Shown: positions 48,428 through 58,064 of the stretch, piece by piece
Layout: each line of letters begins with the position of its first letter
Position numbering within the stretch: position 1 is the first letter of the stretch
Assembly (NCBI RefSeq): GCF_008709555.1
Contig: NZ_VYIJ01000007.1
Span: 411-64,410, forward strand
DNA length: 64,000 bases
Source: Thermoplasma sp.
GTDB lineage: Archaea; Thermoplasmatota; Thermoplasmata; Thermoplasmatales; Thermoplasmataceae
Direction: 5' to 3'
Made by a program: the position numbers and the translations under genes
Notes under the pieces: model-generated
Told to the model about the DNA's origin: nothing
The model's database searches: none
The model's input: the letters and a program-made list of their open reading frames with translations, nothing else

Positions 48428-48748
48428 ATGCCATACTATGTGATTACGACTTTTGACGATCCGGAAATGGCAAAGAAAATAGGAAGAGAAGCCGTGGAGG
48501 CGAATCTAGCAGCATGCGTCAGCATCATTCCGGCCCTGACGTCCATATACAGGTGGAAGGGAAGCATAGATGAAAACGAGGAGGTCATGTGCCTGTTCAA
48601 GACGGTCGACGAGAAGGTGAGCGATCTTGAGGAGTTCATAAGAAAGGAACATACATATGAAGTACCGGAAATCGTCTCTATGAAAATGGACAGGATCAGC
48701 GAAGATTACAGGGCGTGGCTCGTGGATTCATGCAGGGTAGAAGAATGA
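48428..48748 (+). CDS. cutA: CutA divalent cation tolerance protein
   Basis: LAACV, SIYRWKG, HTYEVPEI, YRAWL. Confidence 0.95.
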   Translation: MPYYVITTFDDPEMAKKIGREAVEANLAACVSIIPALTSIYRWKGSIDENEEVMCLFKTVDEKVSDLEEFIRKEHTYEVPEIVSMKMDRISEDYRAWLVDSCRVEE

Positions 48749-48756
48749 TCGGCTTC

Positions 48757-49956
48757 TCAGTAAGCCATGGATGAGAAATTCCTCATGAATCTTATCATGA
48801 CCGCGACGGACATCATGCAGATACCCACTGTCATGAATGAATACGTACTGCCTGCAGACTCATAGAGAAAACCACCGGCTATACTCGATACGGCTGTGGC
48901 AGCTATGCCGAATGTGTTGAATGCCCCCTGGATCCTCGCCATCATCTCAACGGGTATTATCCTCATCAGCGAAGTGTTTATTGCAACATTCTCAATGCCC
49001 ATGGCCAGGCCAGCGATGAATGATGGAGGCACAGCTAGGAAACCATTTTTCACGAATGAAATGGAGAAGAATGATGCTCCTATAATGGCGTATACCGCGA
49101 TGCTTATCCTTCCGATATTGCCACTGATCCTCTGTCCCAGCAGGGATCCCACCGCTATTCCAAACACCAGCATTCCGAAGATCATGGACACGTAGATGGC
49201 AGGAAGCCTGAACCCCACCTGTACAAGCGATATGAACATTATGCCGGCCATGCCCAGTATGAAGTTTCCCATAAGGCCTATGATTATGACCTCCCTTATC
49301 CTGCCGTCCCCCATTGCCAGTCTGATCCCGTTCATGATGTACTCCTGAACGGAACCGGATCCACCGTATCTTGCATGTCTTATCGTCAGGAGAGGAAGAA
49401 GCGCCGCCAGAAAGATGAGTGCGAGAACGAGAAATGACCTGATATCGCCGAGCGCTATTATTATTCCTGATATGACGAAGCCAGCCCCCTGTGCCAGCAT
49501 TGTAGCCGAGGACATCTCTGACGATCCCGACTTGTACTGATCCTCTGAGAGGAAGACCTTCATCCATGAGGCCCTCACGGAATCGATGACATCAGAGGTG
49601 AAACCAAGCAGAAACGTGGCGGCAAATATTGAAACCACAACGTAGATACCCTTGCCCGTGTAAATTGCATAGAGTATAAGTACCAGCAGGGCGACCCTGA
49701 TCATGGCCGCGCCAATCGCGATCTCCTTCTTCAGCCATATCCTGTCCACGACCGACCCCACAACGATGCTTAGCATGAGCGGGAAAGTCATCATGCTGTC
49801 TGCAAGGCCAGCAAGGGCAGGGCTGCCAGTGATATGGAGCACCACCCATATGACCACAAGGTTGTAGGCTGATAGCCCGAATCTGGATATGGCCGCATTT
49901 GCCACCGTCATGTGGAAGTTCTGAAGCATACTGTCGTTCCTGTTTTCATTATACAT
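48757..49956 (-). CDS. MFS transporter (macrolide efflux-like)
   Basis: About 12 TM segments; WVVLHITGS, GSVVDR, MMARIQG. Confidence 0.85.
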   Translation of the reverse strand: MYNENRNDSMLQNFHMTVANAAISRFGLSAYNLVVIWVVLHITGSPALAGLADSMMTFPLMLSIVVGSVVDRIWLKKEIAIGAAMIRVALLVLILYAIYTGKGIYVVVSIFAATFLLGFTSDVIDSVRASWMKVFLSEDQYKSGSSEMSSATMLAQGAGFVISGIIIALGDIRSFLVLALIFLAALLPLLTIRHARYGGSGSVQEYIMNGIRLAMGDGRIREVIIIGLMGNFILGMAGIMFISLVQVGFRLPAIYVSMIFGMLVFGIAVGSLLGQRISGNIGRISIAVYAIIGASFFSISFVKNGFLAVPPSFIAGLAMGIENVAINTSLMRIIPVEMMARIQGAFNTFGIAATAVSSIAGGFLYESAGSTYSFMTVGICMMSVAVMIRFMRNFSSMAY

Positions 49957-50006
49957 ATAAATTGGACTTATACGTAGATTATTATCTTATATAAAAATAT
50001 GCTATC

Positions 50007-50672
50007 ATGGATGGATCTGCCAAGAACATAGACCTGCTCCTGAAGAACTTCTCTAACAGGACCAGGCTAATGATAATAACGCTGATAATAGAAAACGGGC
50101 CAATGACCGTCACGCAGCTGTCCAGGACCATAAAAACAAGCAGGTCAAACCTCTACCAGATAATCAAGGACATGGTTTCTGACGGGGTTGTCATTCAGGT
50201 AAAGACCGAGACCAACAGGAACTATGTCGAGAAGTATTACTACATCAATGAGAATATGTTTGCAAGCGTGAAATCCGAGGATCTAAAGAAAGCGCTGATC
50301 GGGATGGACGATGAGAGCCTTAGGAACCTCATCATATCATTCCTGACCACATCATCAGCCATAATGTCGATAGCAGCAGAGCAGATTGCAATGGCAGGCC
50401 CGGAGGAGATAAAGAGATATCGCGAGGAGATCAACAGCGATCTCATGATCATGTTTTTTTCTTCACTCTCGAGGGAAACAATGGCCAGGTATTCCGAGAT
50501 GCACATGAACTTCATGAAGAGGATCGAGGAAAGCACCGAGAGATCCACAGAGGACCACTTCCTGTACGTCATCGGCTTTCCATCCTTCGCTGGACCCACG
50601 ATGTTAAGCAGGATCCGCAGAAAGGATGGTGATAATGGAAATGACAACGAAAGAGGTGATGATCGATCATGA
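50007..50672 (+). CDS. ArsR-type winged-helix regulator
   Basis: SNRTRLMII, GPMTVTQLS, EKYY; ATGA overlap with the UbiD gene. Confidence 0.85.
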   Translation: MDGSAKNIDLLLKNFSNRTRLMIITLIIENGPMTVTQLSRTIKTSRSNLYQIIKDMVSDGVVIQVKTETNRNYVEKYYYINENMFASVKSEDLKKALIGMDDESLRNLIISFLTTSSAIMSIAAEQIAMAGPEEIKRYREEINSDLMIMFFSSLSRETMARYSEMHMNFMKRIEESTERSTEDHFLYVIGFPSFAGPTMLSRIRRKDGDNGNDNERGDDRS

Positions 50673-52270
50673 AGCTGCCTGGGATAACGCTGAGAGAATT
50701 CCTTGCAGATGAAGAGAAACGCGGAAACGTCATGGTGATCGATGATGAACTTTCCACGGATCTCGAGATCTCCGCAATGGCGTCGTTGATGGAGAGGAGC
50801 GGGAAGATCCTGGGGTTCAACCGCATTATGAACGCTCCCGGATACTCGTTGGTAACGGGACTCTTTTCAACCGAAGAGAGGATGACCAGGATACTCGGAT
50901 CTGAAAATGAGGATGAATTTTACAGGAGGTGGACGGCCATAACCGGAGACGGATCTTCGAACGAGTTGCCCGTTGAAAAAGCAGTTCCAAACGATATGTC
51001 CATAGTTGATCATCCCGACCTCCTGTCCCTGCCGGTTCTTAGGCACTACAGAAACGATGGGAAGAGGACTGGAAACGGCAGGTATATAACAGGAGGCATC
51101 GTCGCTGCGAGGGATCCCTCCGATCCGGAGAGGATGAATCTCAGCTTCACTCGGATACAGGTCATGGCGAAGGGCCGATACGCATTTGATGCAGGGAGCC
51201 ATGGACATCTCTGGTCATACCTGCAGCAGTGCAGGAAGACCGGAACGCCGCTGGAGATGTCTGTGATAATTGGCGCGCCACCCGTCCATTATCTGACGGC
51301 AGCCGCCTTCATGGATGACGAGTACAGGCGAATAGGGAGGCTCTTTAATTTCAGTTATTATGGAGGCTACAGGAACGATGTTCCCGTTCCGGCGGAATCA
51401 GAGATCGTGATAGAGGCCAGGTACCTTCCGGGCGAGGAATATGATGAGGGCCCGTTCGCCGAATACACCGGGTACATGGGATACGATTCGACCAGATCCG
51501 TTGCTGAGGTCAGGAGTATCATAGCAAGGAAAAAGCCGATCTACGTGGATATAATGCCTTCAAATTCCAGGGAGCATATCAACCTGTTTTCCTTCACGCG
51601 GTCCATCAGGGTGAACAGCGTCATCAGGGAGACCAGCCCAAAGGGCCACGATATCAGGATCATATGGCCAAATTTCGGATCCCGTTTTCTCGCGATAGGA
51701 TACATCGATCCCCCGTTCCCGGGCCTGGCGAAGAACGTTGCCATATCAGCCATGGCGAATGATCCCCTCTGGAACAAGGTCGTTATCGTGAATGAGGGAA
51801 AGACCGACCTCAGCATTGAGAGGATGCTGCTGAGCCTTGCCGAGACCAGAAATTTCAGCAGCACACTCACCATCCTGAGAGACCTTTATGTGATAAGCTC
51901 CGATCCGACTGCAAAGGCGGACGGCACAGATTCAAAACTTTTAGCAGTAACCAAAGGATCCAATGGCCCTTTCAGGATAGAGAAGCACCCGGAGAGCGTT
52001 GCAATATACTCGGCCAGAGGAAAGGTTCTCATCTCTCATGGTGAATCCGATGCGGATGTCAACATATTGATACCAGAGGCGATTGAGGCTTCCGATATGG
52101 AGAAGGTTGGGTGGACGCTTGCACTGAACATGGACTGCGATAGGGACCTGCGCATGGACGACGAACATCTCATCATCGACCTCAGGAAGGATCTCCACGA
52201 GATCCCTGAAGAAGACAGAGATGCCACATCCAAGGCCTCCGAAGTTGCAATGAAATACAGGGTCAGTTGA
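50669..52270 (+). CDS. UbiD family (prFMN-dependent) decarboxylase
   Basis: LPVLRH..DG, RYITGG, NLSFTR, VPAESEIVIE, EGPFAEYTGY. Confidence 0.85.
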   Translation: MKLPGITLREFLADEEKRGNVMVIDDELSTDLEISAMASLMERSGKILGFNRIMNAPGYSLVTGLFSTEERMTRILGSENEDEFYRRWTAITGDGSSNELPVEKAVPNDMSIVDHPDLLSLPVLRHYRNDGKRTGNGRYITGGIVAARDPSDPERMNLSFTRIQVMAKGRYAFDAGSHGHLWSYLQQCRKTGTPLEMSVIIGAPPVHYLTAAAFMDDEYRRIGRLFNFSYYGGYRNDVPVPAESEIVIEARYLPGEEYDEGPFAEYTGYMGYDSTRSVAEVRSIIARKKPIYVDIMPSNSREHINLFSFTRSIRVNSVIRETSPKGHDIRIIWPNFGSRFLAIGYIDPPFPGLAKNVAISAMANDPLWNKVVIVNEGKTDLSIERMLLSLAETRNFSSTLTILRDLYVISSDPTAKADGTDSKLLAVTKGSNGPFRIEKHPESVAIYSARGKVLISHGESDADVNILIPEAIEASDMEKVGWTLALNMDCDRDLRMDDEHLIIDLRKDLHEIPEEDRDATSKASEVAMKYRVS

Positions 52271-52385
52271 CTTTTCCTGATGTTACATTTATACGGGAAG
52301 CATCCAAGCAGCCACTCAGAAGTGAGCTACTCGTCAGCTGAAGCTATTGAGAATTATATATTCCACCAAACCCCTAACGCTTCCT

Positions 52386-52616
52386 TTAAGAACCACGCAC
52401 ACAGTTATCATCTATAATTATCGTTTTTCTGGCAGTGGTCAATCCTTTGACAATCCTCACGCATCCTTCTCCCACTTTGAAATACCGGCTGATCTGCTTC
52501 AGCACGTCAATATTAGCTCTGCCGTTTTCCCTGGGCTCGTCCGTATATACTATGAGGAATTGCCCATCAGCCTCTATCCTTTCGTGTCCATTTTTGACCT
52601 TTACCATCAATATCAT
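52386..52616 (-). CDS. DUF167 (YggU-like) protein
   Basis: PRENGRAN and IVKGLTTARK; start taken at MILMVKV. Confidence 0.85.
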   Translation of the reverse strand: MILMVKVKNGHERIEADGQFLIVYTDEPRENGRANIDVLKQISRYFKVGEGCVRIVKGLTTARKTIIIDDNCVRGS

Positions 52617-52816
52617 ACGCCCTGCAGAGAAGAAATAGAGAATAAGATAAAACCCTGTGCTCCATGGCATAACGGAGTGGGAGCTTGACATTATCCAGTA
52701 TTTATATTACATGTCATGCGCTGTATCATTGGGTATCAAAATTCAAACAAAAAGTGATTTTGTTTCTATGATATATAATTCAAATAACATACAACTGATG
52801 TATTATGTTATTAACT

Positions 52817-52990
52817 ATGAATCCAAAGAAGGTATTAAATCTACTACGTATTTCCAGAAAGACACTCCATGTATACGCTTCAACGGGGAAGATAAGATTC
52901 ACAGCTATGCCCAATGGTTATTATGATTACAGTGATGAGGATGTTTACAAACCATTGAACAGGGATGTTAAAAGGAAAACAGTTATATAA
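52817..52990 (+). pseudogene. tnpA: IS607 TnpA (serine recombinase) N-terminal fragment
   Basis: MNPKKVLNLLRISRKTL...GKI...NGYYDYS...RKTVI*, a MerR-like HTH ending just before the expected YARVS motif. Confidence 0.8.
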
Positions 52991-53151
52991 ATGGAACACT
53001 GATACGTGCCGACCTGCAGGCTTCATATAACCTGATAAGAAAGGCAATTCCTGAAGCGTTCGCGGATGGAATAGGAGGTATTGGGTTGTATCCACGAAGT
53101 TTAAGCATCCAGGAATTCCTGGAGATGGCAACTTCCAAAGGTGGTTGTTAA
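52990..53151 (+). pseudogene. tnpB: TnpB C-terminal fragment
   Basis: Translated by hand: NGTLIRADLQASYNLIRKAIPEAFADGIGGIGLYP..., matching TnpB RuvC-III and tail. Confidence 0.8.
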
Positions 53152-53182
53152 CATGGTTAACAGAAACCATAACCTGGAGACA

Positions 53183-53524
53183 TCAGATATTGAGGCTGTT
53201 CACAACTTGAGATATCGTCTCCCCATCCGCGGCTATCACCCTGATCCCGGCATTGTTGAAATCGGTATATGCCCTTGGACCTATTCTGCTCGCCACTATT
53301 ATATCCGGATGCAGGTCGATGACCTTCTGGTGTATCAATGAGGCTGCCTTCTTCTCCTCCTCGCTTCTCTCCTCAGGATGCGGGCCCTCTCCCGCCACAA
53401 AATCTACACTCGTGATTTTTCGATCTGAAACACTTATCAGCGCAAGATATGGTGCACGGCCAAAATGCGGAGAAACTCTTGAATTCTCTCCGTTCTTCTC
53501 CAGGACCGGTATAAGTATCCTCAT
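53183..53524 (-). CDS. NifB/NifX family protein
   Basis: VSPHFGRAPY and IGPRA..F..AGIRV. Confidence 0.88.
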   Translation of the reverse strand: MRILIPVLEKNGENSRVSPHFGRAPYLALISVSDRKITSVDFVAGEGPHPEERSEEEKKAASLIHQKVIDLHPDIIVASRIGPRAYTDFNNAGIRVIAADGETISQVVNSLNI

Positions 53525-53631
53525 CTCCATCATAGAGGATATTCTATATGACTTTATGACTTTTTCCCACATTTTTTGCGTCATTGGATGCGGAAGTTAA
53601 AGCTTATGAATCGATCCTGCATTGCAGCGGG

Positions 53632-54684
53632 ATGGCAGGCAATTCTAAACTCAGCCTCTTCGGGTCCGAATGGTTCACCATAACACTGGGAACCTTTGCT
53701 ATCTCGCTGGCCTTCATTCACGTTCATTCCGTGTTCCAATATTCAGAATTGATCTATGCTGGTCAGGCATTCCTTTATCTTGGCGTTATTTTCTTTATCA
53801 TCACTCTTGCGACCTGGATCCTCCGCACCTTCATGAACCCAGGCGTCGTGAAGGAGGACTGGAACAGCCTGAACAGGATAAGCTTCACAACGGTAATACC
53901 ACTTTCCGCATCAGTGATGAATGCAGCCATCATATCGTACTACGGTTATGATTTATCGTACACGCAGCTGTATGTTGCAAACTACTTCACGGATTTCACG
54001 GCCATCCTTTTCCTGAGCTTCTTCCTTGGTTACAAGCTATACACGAAATCGCCAGTGCACACGAACGAGATCTCATACGGGCTTCTCATACCGCCAGTTG
54101 CGCTCTCATCCAACGTGCTCCTTGGTTCCATGATCCTCAGGACGCAGTACTTCGATACCGTTATGTTTTTGACAGTAATGGGCATCGGCATAGCGTTCTT
54201 CCTCTTTCTATTCATAGGCATAATGGCCTTCGCATCTTACATAAGGGACCTGAAAGCAAACGTCCCCTCACCCATGCTGGTTCTGCCCGTGGGAGTAGCC
54301 AGCATAATAGTCATAAACACGCTGGTCATCGCATCCACAAGGTCTGTTTTTCAGATAGCCATGCCTGAAGCCCTTGTGGTATCATTCGCGCTGTGGGCAT
54401 TCGAGCTCTGGAATTTCGTCGTTGCAATGATGATAAGCCTCAAACGCGTTTTCAGGGAGCCAGCAAGCATAAGCATATGGGCATACACGTTCCCTATAGC
54501 CATATTTTCCGTCTCCTCATTCGACCTGAGATCCATAATGGAGAATTACGGGTATGCAGCCGCCTCAAGCATCATCTACTATATCGGGACATTGGCCTGG
54601 GCCATACTTATAATAGCATGGATATACGCGATTGTATCCACCACTGTTTTCCTGTCCCACATTGGAGTGGCGTCGCATCCATGA
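53632..54684 (+). CDS. TDT/SLAC1 family anion transporter
   Basis: WFTITLGT, LLIPPV and WAYTFP motifs; about 10 TM segments. Confidence 0.85.
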   Translation: MAGNSKLSLFGSEWFTITLGTFAISLAFIHVHSVFQYSELIYAGQAFLYLGVIFFIITLATWILRTFMNPGVVKEDWNSLNRISFTTVIPLSASVMNAAIISYYGYDLSYTQLYVANYFTDFTAILFLSFFLGYKLYTKSPVHTNEISYGLLIPPVALSSNVLLGSMILRTQYFDTVMFLTVMGIGIAFFLFLFIGIMAFASYIRDLKANVPSPMLVLPVGVASIIVINTLVIASTRSVFQIAMPEALVVSFALWAFELWNFVVAMMISLKRVFREPASISIWAYTFPIAIFSVSSFDLRSIMENYGYAAASSIIYYIGTLAWAILIIAWIYAIVSTTVFLSHIGVASHP

Positions 54685-54760
54685 TGGCTTATCCTTGATC
54701 AGTTATTGTGTTCTGAATGCATGCAGTTATGTTTATGTCCAGATTAGGCGTTCTCATTTC

Positions 54761-55387
54761 ATGTCCGAAGATCACATAAAGGACAGAATAAATCGGTATC
54801 CCGAGAGGGCCTCATACGATCCGGATGAACTCAGGGCTATTCTGGACAGGAACTTCGTGTGCACGGTATCGTTCATAGACGATATGGTTCCATATGCAAT
54901 ACCAATGATGCTCGCCAGCGATGGCGATACCATATACCTCCACGGATCAACAAAGAGCAGGCTATACGGAATACTGAAGAGAGGCCAGCTGATCGCCATA
55001 TCGATTCTGGAGATAAAAGGGATCGTACTGGCAAAGGAAATAAAGAACAACTCGGTCAACTATGTCTCAGCGATCATATTCGGAAGGCCCAGCGAGGTGA
55101 ACGACGACGAAAAAAAGCTGTTTGTATTCAAGATTCTGACGGAAAAGATGGTCAGGGGCAGATGGGAAAGATCGATAAAGCCGTCTGAAGCCGATCTTAA
55201 GGATGTCTTCGTCTTCGCAGTGAAGCCTGAAAAATTCTCCATCAAGTCCAGGACTGGGCCTCCACATGATTCATCCAATGAGGATATCTGGTCCGGCGTC
55301 CTGCCTGTCATCCATCTTCTTGGGGATCCCGGCGAAGATGCACCGGAATACGTGAGATCGCTCAATGGGAAAAGGATCTTCGCATGA
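54761..55387 (+). CDS. Pyridoxamine 5'-phosphate oxidase-like flavin-binding protein
   Basis: RYPERASYD, PYAIPM, IYLHGS, SVNYVS, WSGVLP. Confidence 0.88.
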   Translation: MSEDHIKDRINRYPERASYDPDELRAILDRNFVCTVSFIDDMVPYAIPMMLASDGDTIYLHGSTKSRLYGILKRGQLIAISILEIKGIVLAKEIKNNSVNYVSAIIFGRPSEVNDDEKKLFVFKILTEKMVRGRWERSIKPSEADLKDVFVFAVKPEKFSIKSRTGPPHDSSNEDIWSGVLPVIHLLGDPGEDAPEYVRSLNGKRIFA

Positions 55388-55390
55388 TGA

Positions 55391-56524
55391 TCAGGCCAGG
55401 CCCGTTCTGTGCTTCCTCATGGCCTGGACGTAGGCCGATGCGACGAAGGCCATTGACCCGGCAACGATGCAGACCACGGCTATACCTGATACCAGCGATG
55501 AGGGGTCTATCAGCGCAGCTATGAAGGGAGAGAAGCCTCCCACAAGCCTTCCGGAGAAGAACACTATGTTCGTGGCCAGAGCCCTGGATCCCGGAGGATA
55601 ATTCTCGCTTACCCATATGCCGCTGAACGAGAAGAACCCGGATGATGCATACACAAGGCCAAGTATGAAAAGGAAGTAGCGCCCAACCCCGGTGAAGAAC
55701 AGGGCCAGGCCAAACGCCACTCCTGCACCGGTGAATGCCATGGCAACGTATCCACGCCTGTACCTGTCTGAAAGGTAACCGGCGATCACAAAGCCTCCAA
55801 ATCCAACCAACGACAGCACCGTCACGTAAATGGGATCCATGTGCAGTCCAGATAGGACACTGGGCACATCAGCCATCAGCGGCACACTGAACATGAAAGC
55901 ACCTATCACGATTATTGAGAATGCTATGGTGTAACGCAAAAAGTTCGGATCCCTCTCGGCCTTCATGGCGAAACGGCTGCCGCCGGTCTCGATTATCAAG
56001 GATGAGGCCGGGACGGAGAAAAGCAACGAGATCAGGCCAGCAGCTATAAGGTAAGTACGCCAGTAGTGGAAGAAGACGAAGAGAACAGAATCAAGCATGA
56101 ACCCGAGAAAGTAGAGGCTCTGCATCGTTCCGCCAATGGTGCCAGACGAACGCCTCAGCGTCTCGACGATAACCGGGTACGAGACCCCATTCTGCGCGTT
56201 CACTCCGAAACCTATGAGGAACCAGAGGGCGTATATCATGTATATGGACGTTGAGAAAGCGGCCAGCAGCGTGAATATTCCGAACATTGCAGATGATATG
56301 ATCATGACTGCTTTACGCCCGCTCCTGTCCGCCAGGTATCCCATTATGATGCCGCCCATCGCACCTCCGATGAAATCTATCGGAATGGCAAGCAGGACGG
56401 CGGATATTGGAACTCTGAATTGTGCTGAGATCTGGGGGACGATCATCGATATCGAGAACACGGAAAAGGCGGAGAGCAGGAAAGGGATCATAACGCCGGG
56501 CATATTCCGGATATGATCTGCCAT
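55391..56524 (-). CDS. MFS transporter
   Basis: GYLADRSGRK and GYLSDRYRR motif A; SENYP..RA. Confidence 0.88.
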   Translation of the reverse strand: MADHIRNMPGVMIPFLLSAFSVFSISMIVPQISAQFRVPISAVLLAIPIDFIGGAMGGIIMGYLADRSGRKAVMIISSAMFGIFTLLAAFSTSIYMIYALWFLIGFGVNAQNGVSYPVIVETLRRSSGTIGGTMQSLYFLGFMLDSVLFVFFHYWRTYLIAAGLISLLFSVPASSLIIETGGSRFAMKAERDPNFLRYTIAFSIIVIGAFMFSVPLMADVPSVLSGLHMDPIYVTVLSLVGFGGFVIAGYLSDRYRRGYVAMAFTGAGVAFGLALFFTGVGRYFLFILGLVYASSGFFSFSGIWVSENYPPGSRALATNIVFFSGRLVGGFSPFIAALIDPSSLVSGIAVVCIVAGSMAFVASAYVQAMRKHRTGLA

Positions 56525-56591
56525 GCATCGCTATTCATCGATCAAAAATAAATGTAACCGTGCTGAGATACGCACATCCATATTTTAAGCG

Positions 56592-56864
56592 TCAGTAAAC
56601 GTCTGAAATGTGCCTCACATCAACCATGGCAACATCGTACACGTCATCGCACACGTTGAGCTTGAACCTTATGAATGTGCGCTCTACCGGCTTACCGTTC
56701 TCTGTAGATCCTATACGGACCATCTCGCTCATGTTGGCGTATATCAGATCGCCGTTGTCCAGCCTTATCCTCCTGATCAGGTTCACGTCCAGCTTCGGCA
56801 CATACGATGTCCTGGTCAGACATCCATTCCACTTCATATAAAAGTCATCGGAATTCATCTCCAT
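56592..56864 (-). CDS. Hypothetical protein, 90 aa
   Basis: ATG with an AT-rich TATA-like region upstream; the longer track ORF overlaps the DUF309 gene. Confidence 0.6.
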   Translation of the reverse strand: MEMNSDDFYMKWNGCLTRTSYVPKLDVNLIRRIRLDNGDLIYANMSEMVRIGSTENGKPVERTFIRFKLNVCDDVYDVAMVDVRHISDVY

Positions 56865-57014
56865 CGCCCCATAATATTGGTATAATTGTATAAAGCATGT
56901 AAAAAGATAAACTATTCGATCCGCATGCCAGAACCGTAAATTCCTGAACGGATTTTTGCGAAAAATGATGCCATGTGACGCCATGCCTAAATATGCGTAA
57001 ATACTCAGCGACCT

Positions 57015-57500
57015 ATGAGGATCAGATGCATCCTGTTCTGCCATGGAGGCGAAATACCAAATGTGGACGGTGCCATAGTCAGGAGGCACTTGGATTCTTT
57101 TGAATCATCCTTCTTCATCGATGACGGGAAAGTCGCGGATATTCTCAGCGAGAGCTGCCCATACGCCGTCATCCTGTGCCATAACTGCAGCGAAACTCTG
57201 CCTCCTGATCCGAATGTTGCCTTCAGGAATGCACGTCATCTGGTCTTGGAGGAACGGTTTTGGGAAGCGCATGAAGCACTTGAGGATGCATGGCACGTTT
57301 CTTCCGGCAGAAAGAAAGATCTGATACAGGCACTGATCTGGATCATAGCTGCGCAGGTACACTGGCAGATGGGCCATCCGGATACGGCCATGGCCATGCA
57401 TGATCGAGGATCATCGATCCTCGGATCGGAAATCAAGTTTCATTATCCTATCTCCGCTGAGGAATTTGACATGATCCTGAAGCACATTCAGGCTGTCTGA
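57015..57500 (+). CDS. DUF309 domain protein
   Basis: FWEAHEALEDAW...IQALI..AAQVH. Confidence 0.88.
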   Translation: MRIRCILFCHGGEIPNVDGAIVRRHLDSFESSFFIDDGKVADILSESCPYAVILCHNCSETLPPDPNVAFRNARHLVLEERFWEAHEALEDAWHVSSGRKKDLIQALIWIIAAQVHWQMGHPDTAMAMHDRGSSILGSEIKFHYPISAEEFDMILKHIQAV

Positions 57501-58063
57501 TCACCAACGGTGAATATGTTTGCGATGTCTTCTGGCGTGAGCAGGCCGCGTTTTTCAATAAGCCTGGAGTAGGCTTCAGCCTCGGCAAGCGCCCCGTTCA
57601 ATGCGTTATGGGGCCTCCTCTCCGTGCCCAGGCCAAGCGCCATAAGGAGATCGTCAAGCCTTCTCCTTCCACCATGGTAGAGATCGGATGATTCGAAGAG
57701 AACCTTCAGATCGATCTTCCTGTCTATCCTTATCATCCTCATCGAATTAGTTATGCACTCCTGCCCGATGAACGATATATCAAAATCAACGTTGTATCCT
57801 GCAATGGTGTAATCTGAAGAATTCTCTGCATACCATTCCGAGAAGGCCTGGATCATATCGTACATTGCATTTCCTAAGGAGTAGATGTACTCCCTCGTGA
57901 AGCCGTTAACAGCCAGAGCCCCATCCTCGACGACAGCTCCCGGATCCGGCCTAGCCTCCATGTAGAAGCGTATGGACGGCCTTTCATATACAACCGCACC
58001 GATGCTTATCATGCTGCACTTGATGGGATCGAGGCCGGTTGTCTCAACATCGATGAATATCAT
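57488..58063 (-). CDS. DEDDh (DnaQ-like) 3'-5' exonuclease
   Basis: DVETTG, YNVDFD, HNAL. Confidence 0.85.
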   Translation of the reverse strand: MIFIDVETTGLDPIKCSMISIGAVVYERPSIRFYMEARPDPGAVVEDGALAVNGFTREYIYSLGNAMYDMIQAFSEWYAENSSDYTIAGYNVDFDISFIGQECITNSMRMIRIDRKIDLKVLFESSDLYHGGRRRLDDLLMALGLGTERRPHNALNGALAEAEAYSRLIEKRGLLTPEDIANIFTVGDQTA

Positions 58064-58064
58064 C

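Larger units (their letters stand above)
52731..53173 (+). mobile_element. Internally deleted IS607-family element (ends approximate)
   Basis: AT-rich left end with inverted repeats, TnpA N-terminus joined to TnpB C-terminus, hairpin at the right end. Confidence 0.8.

Noticed and set aside
48244..48429. 61-aa minus-strand ORF
   Set aside because: Antisense to tRNA-Arg
53183..53524. Nitrogen fixation gene
   Set aside because: Stand-alone NifX-like proteins are common in non-diazotrophic archaea, and no nif genes are present in the window
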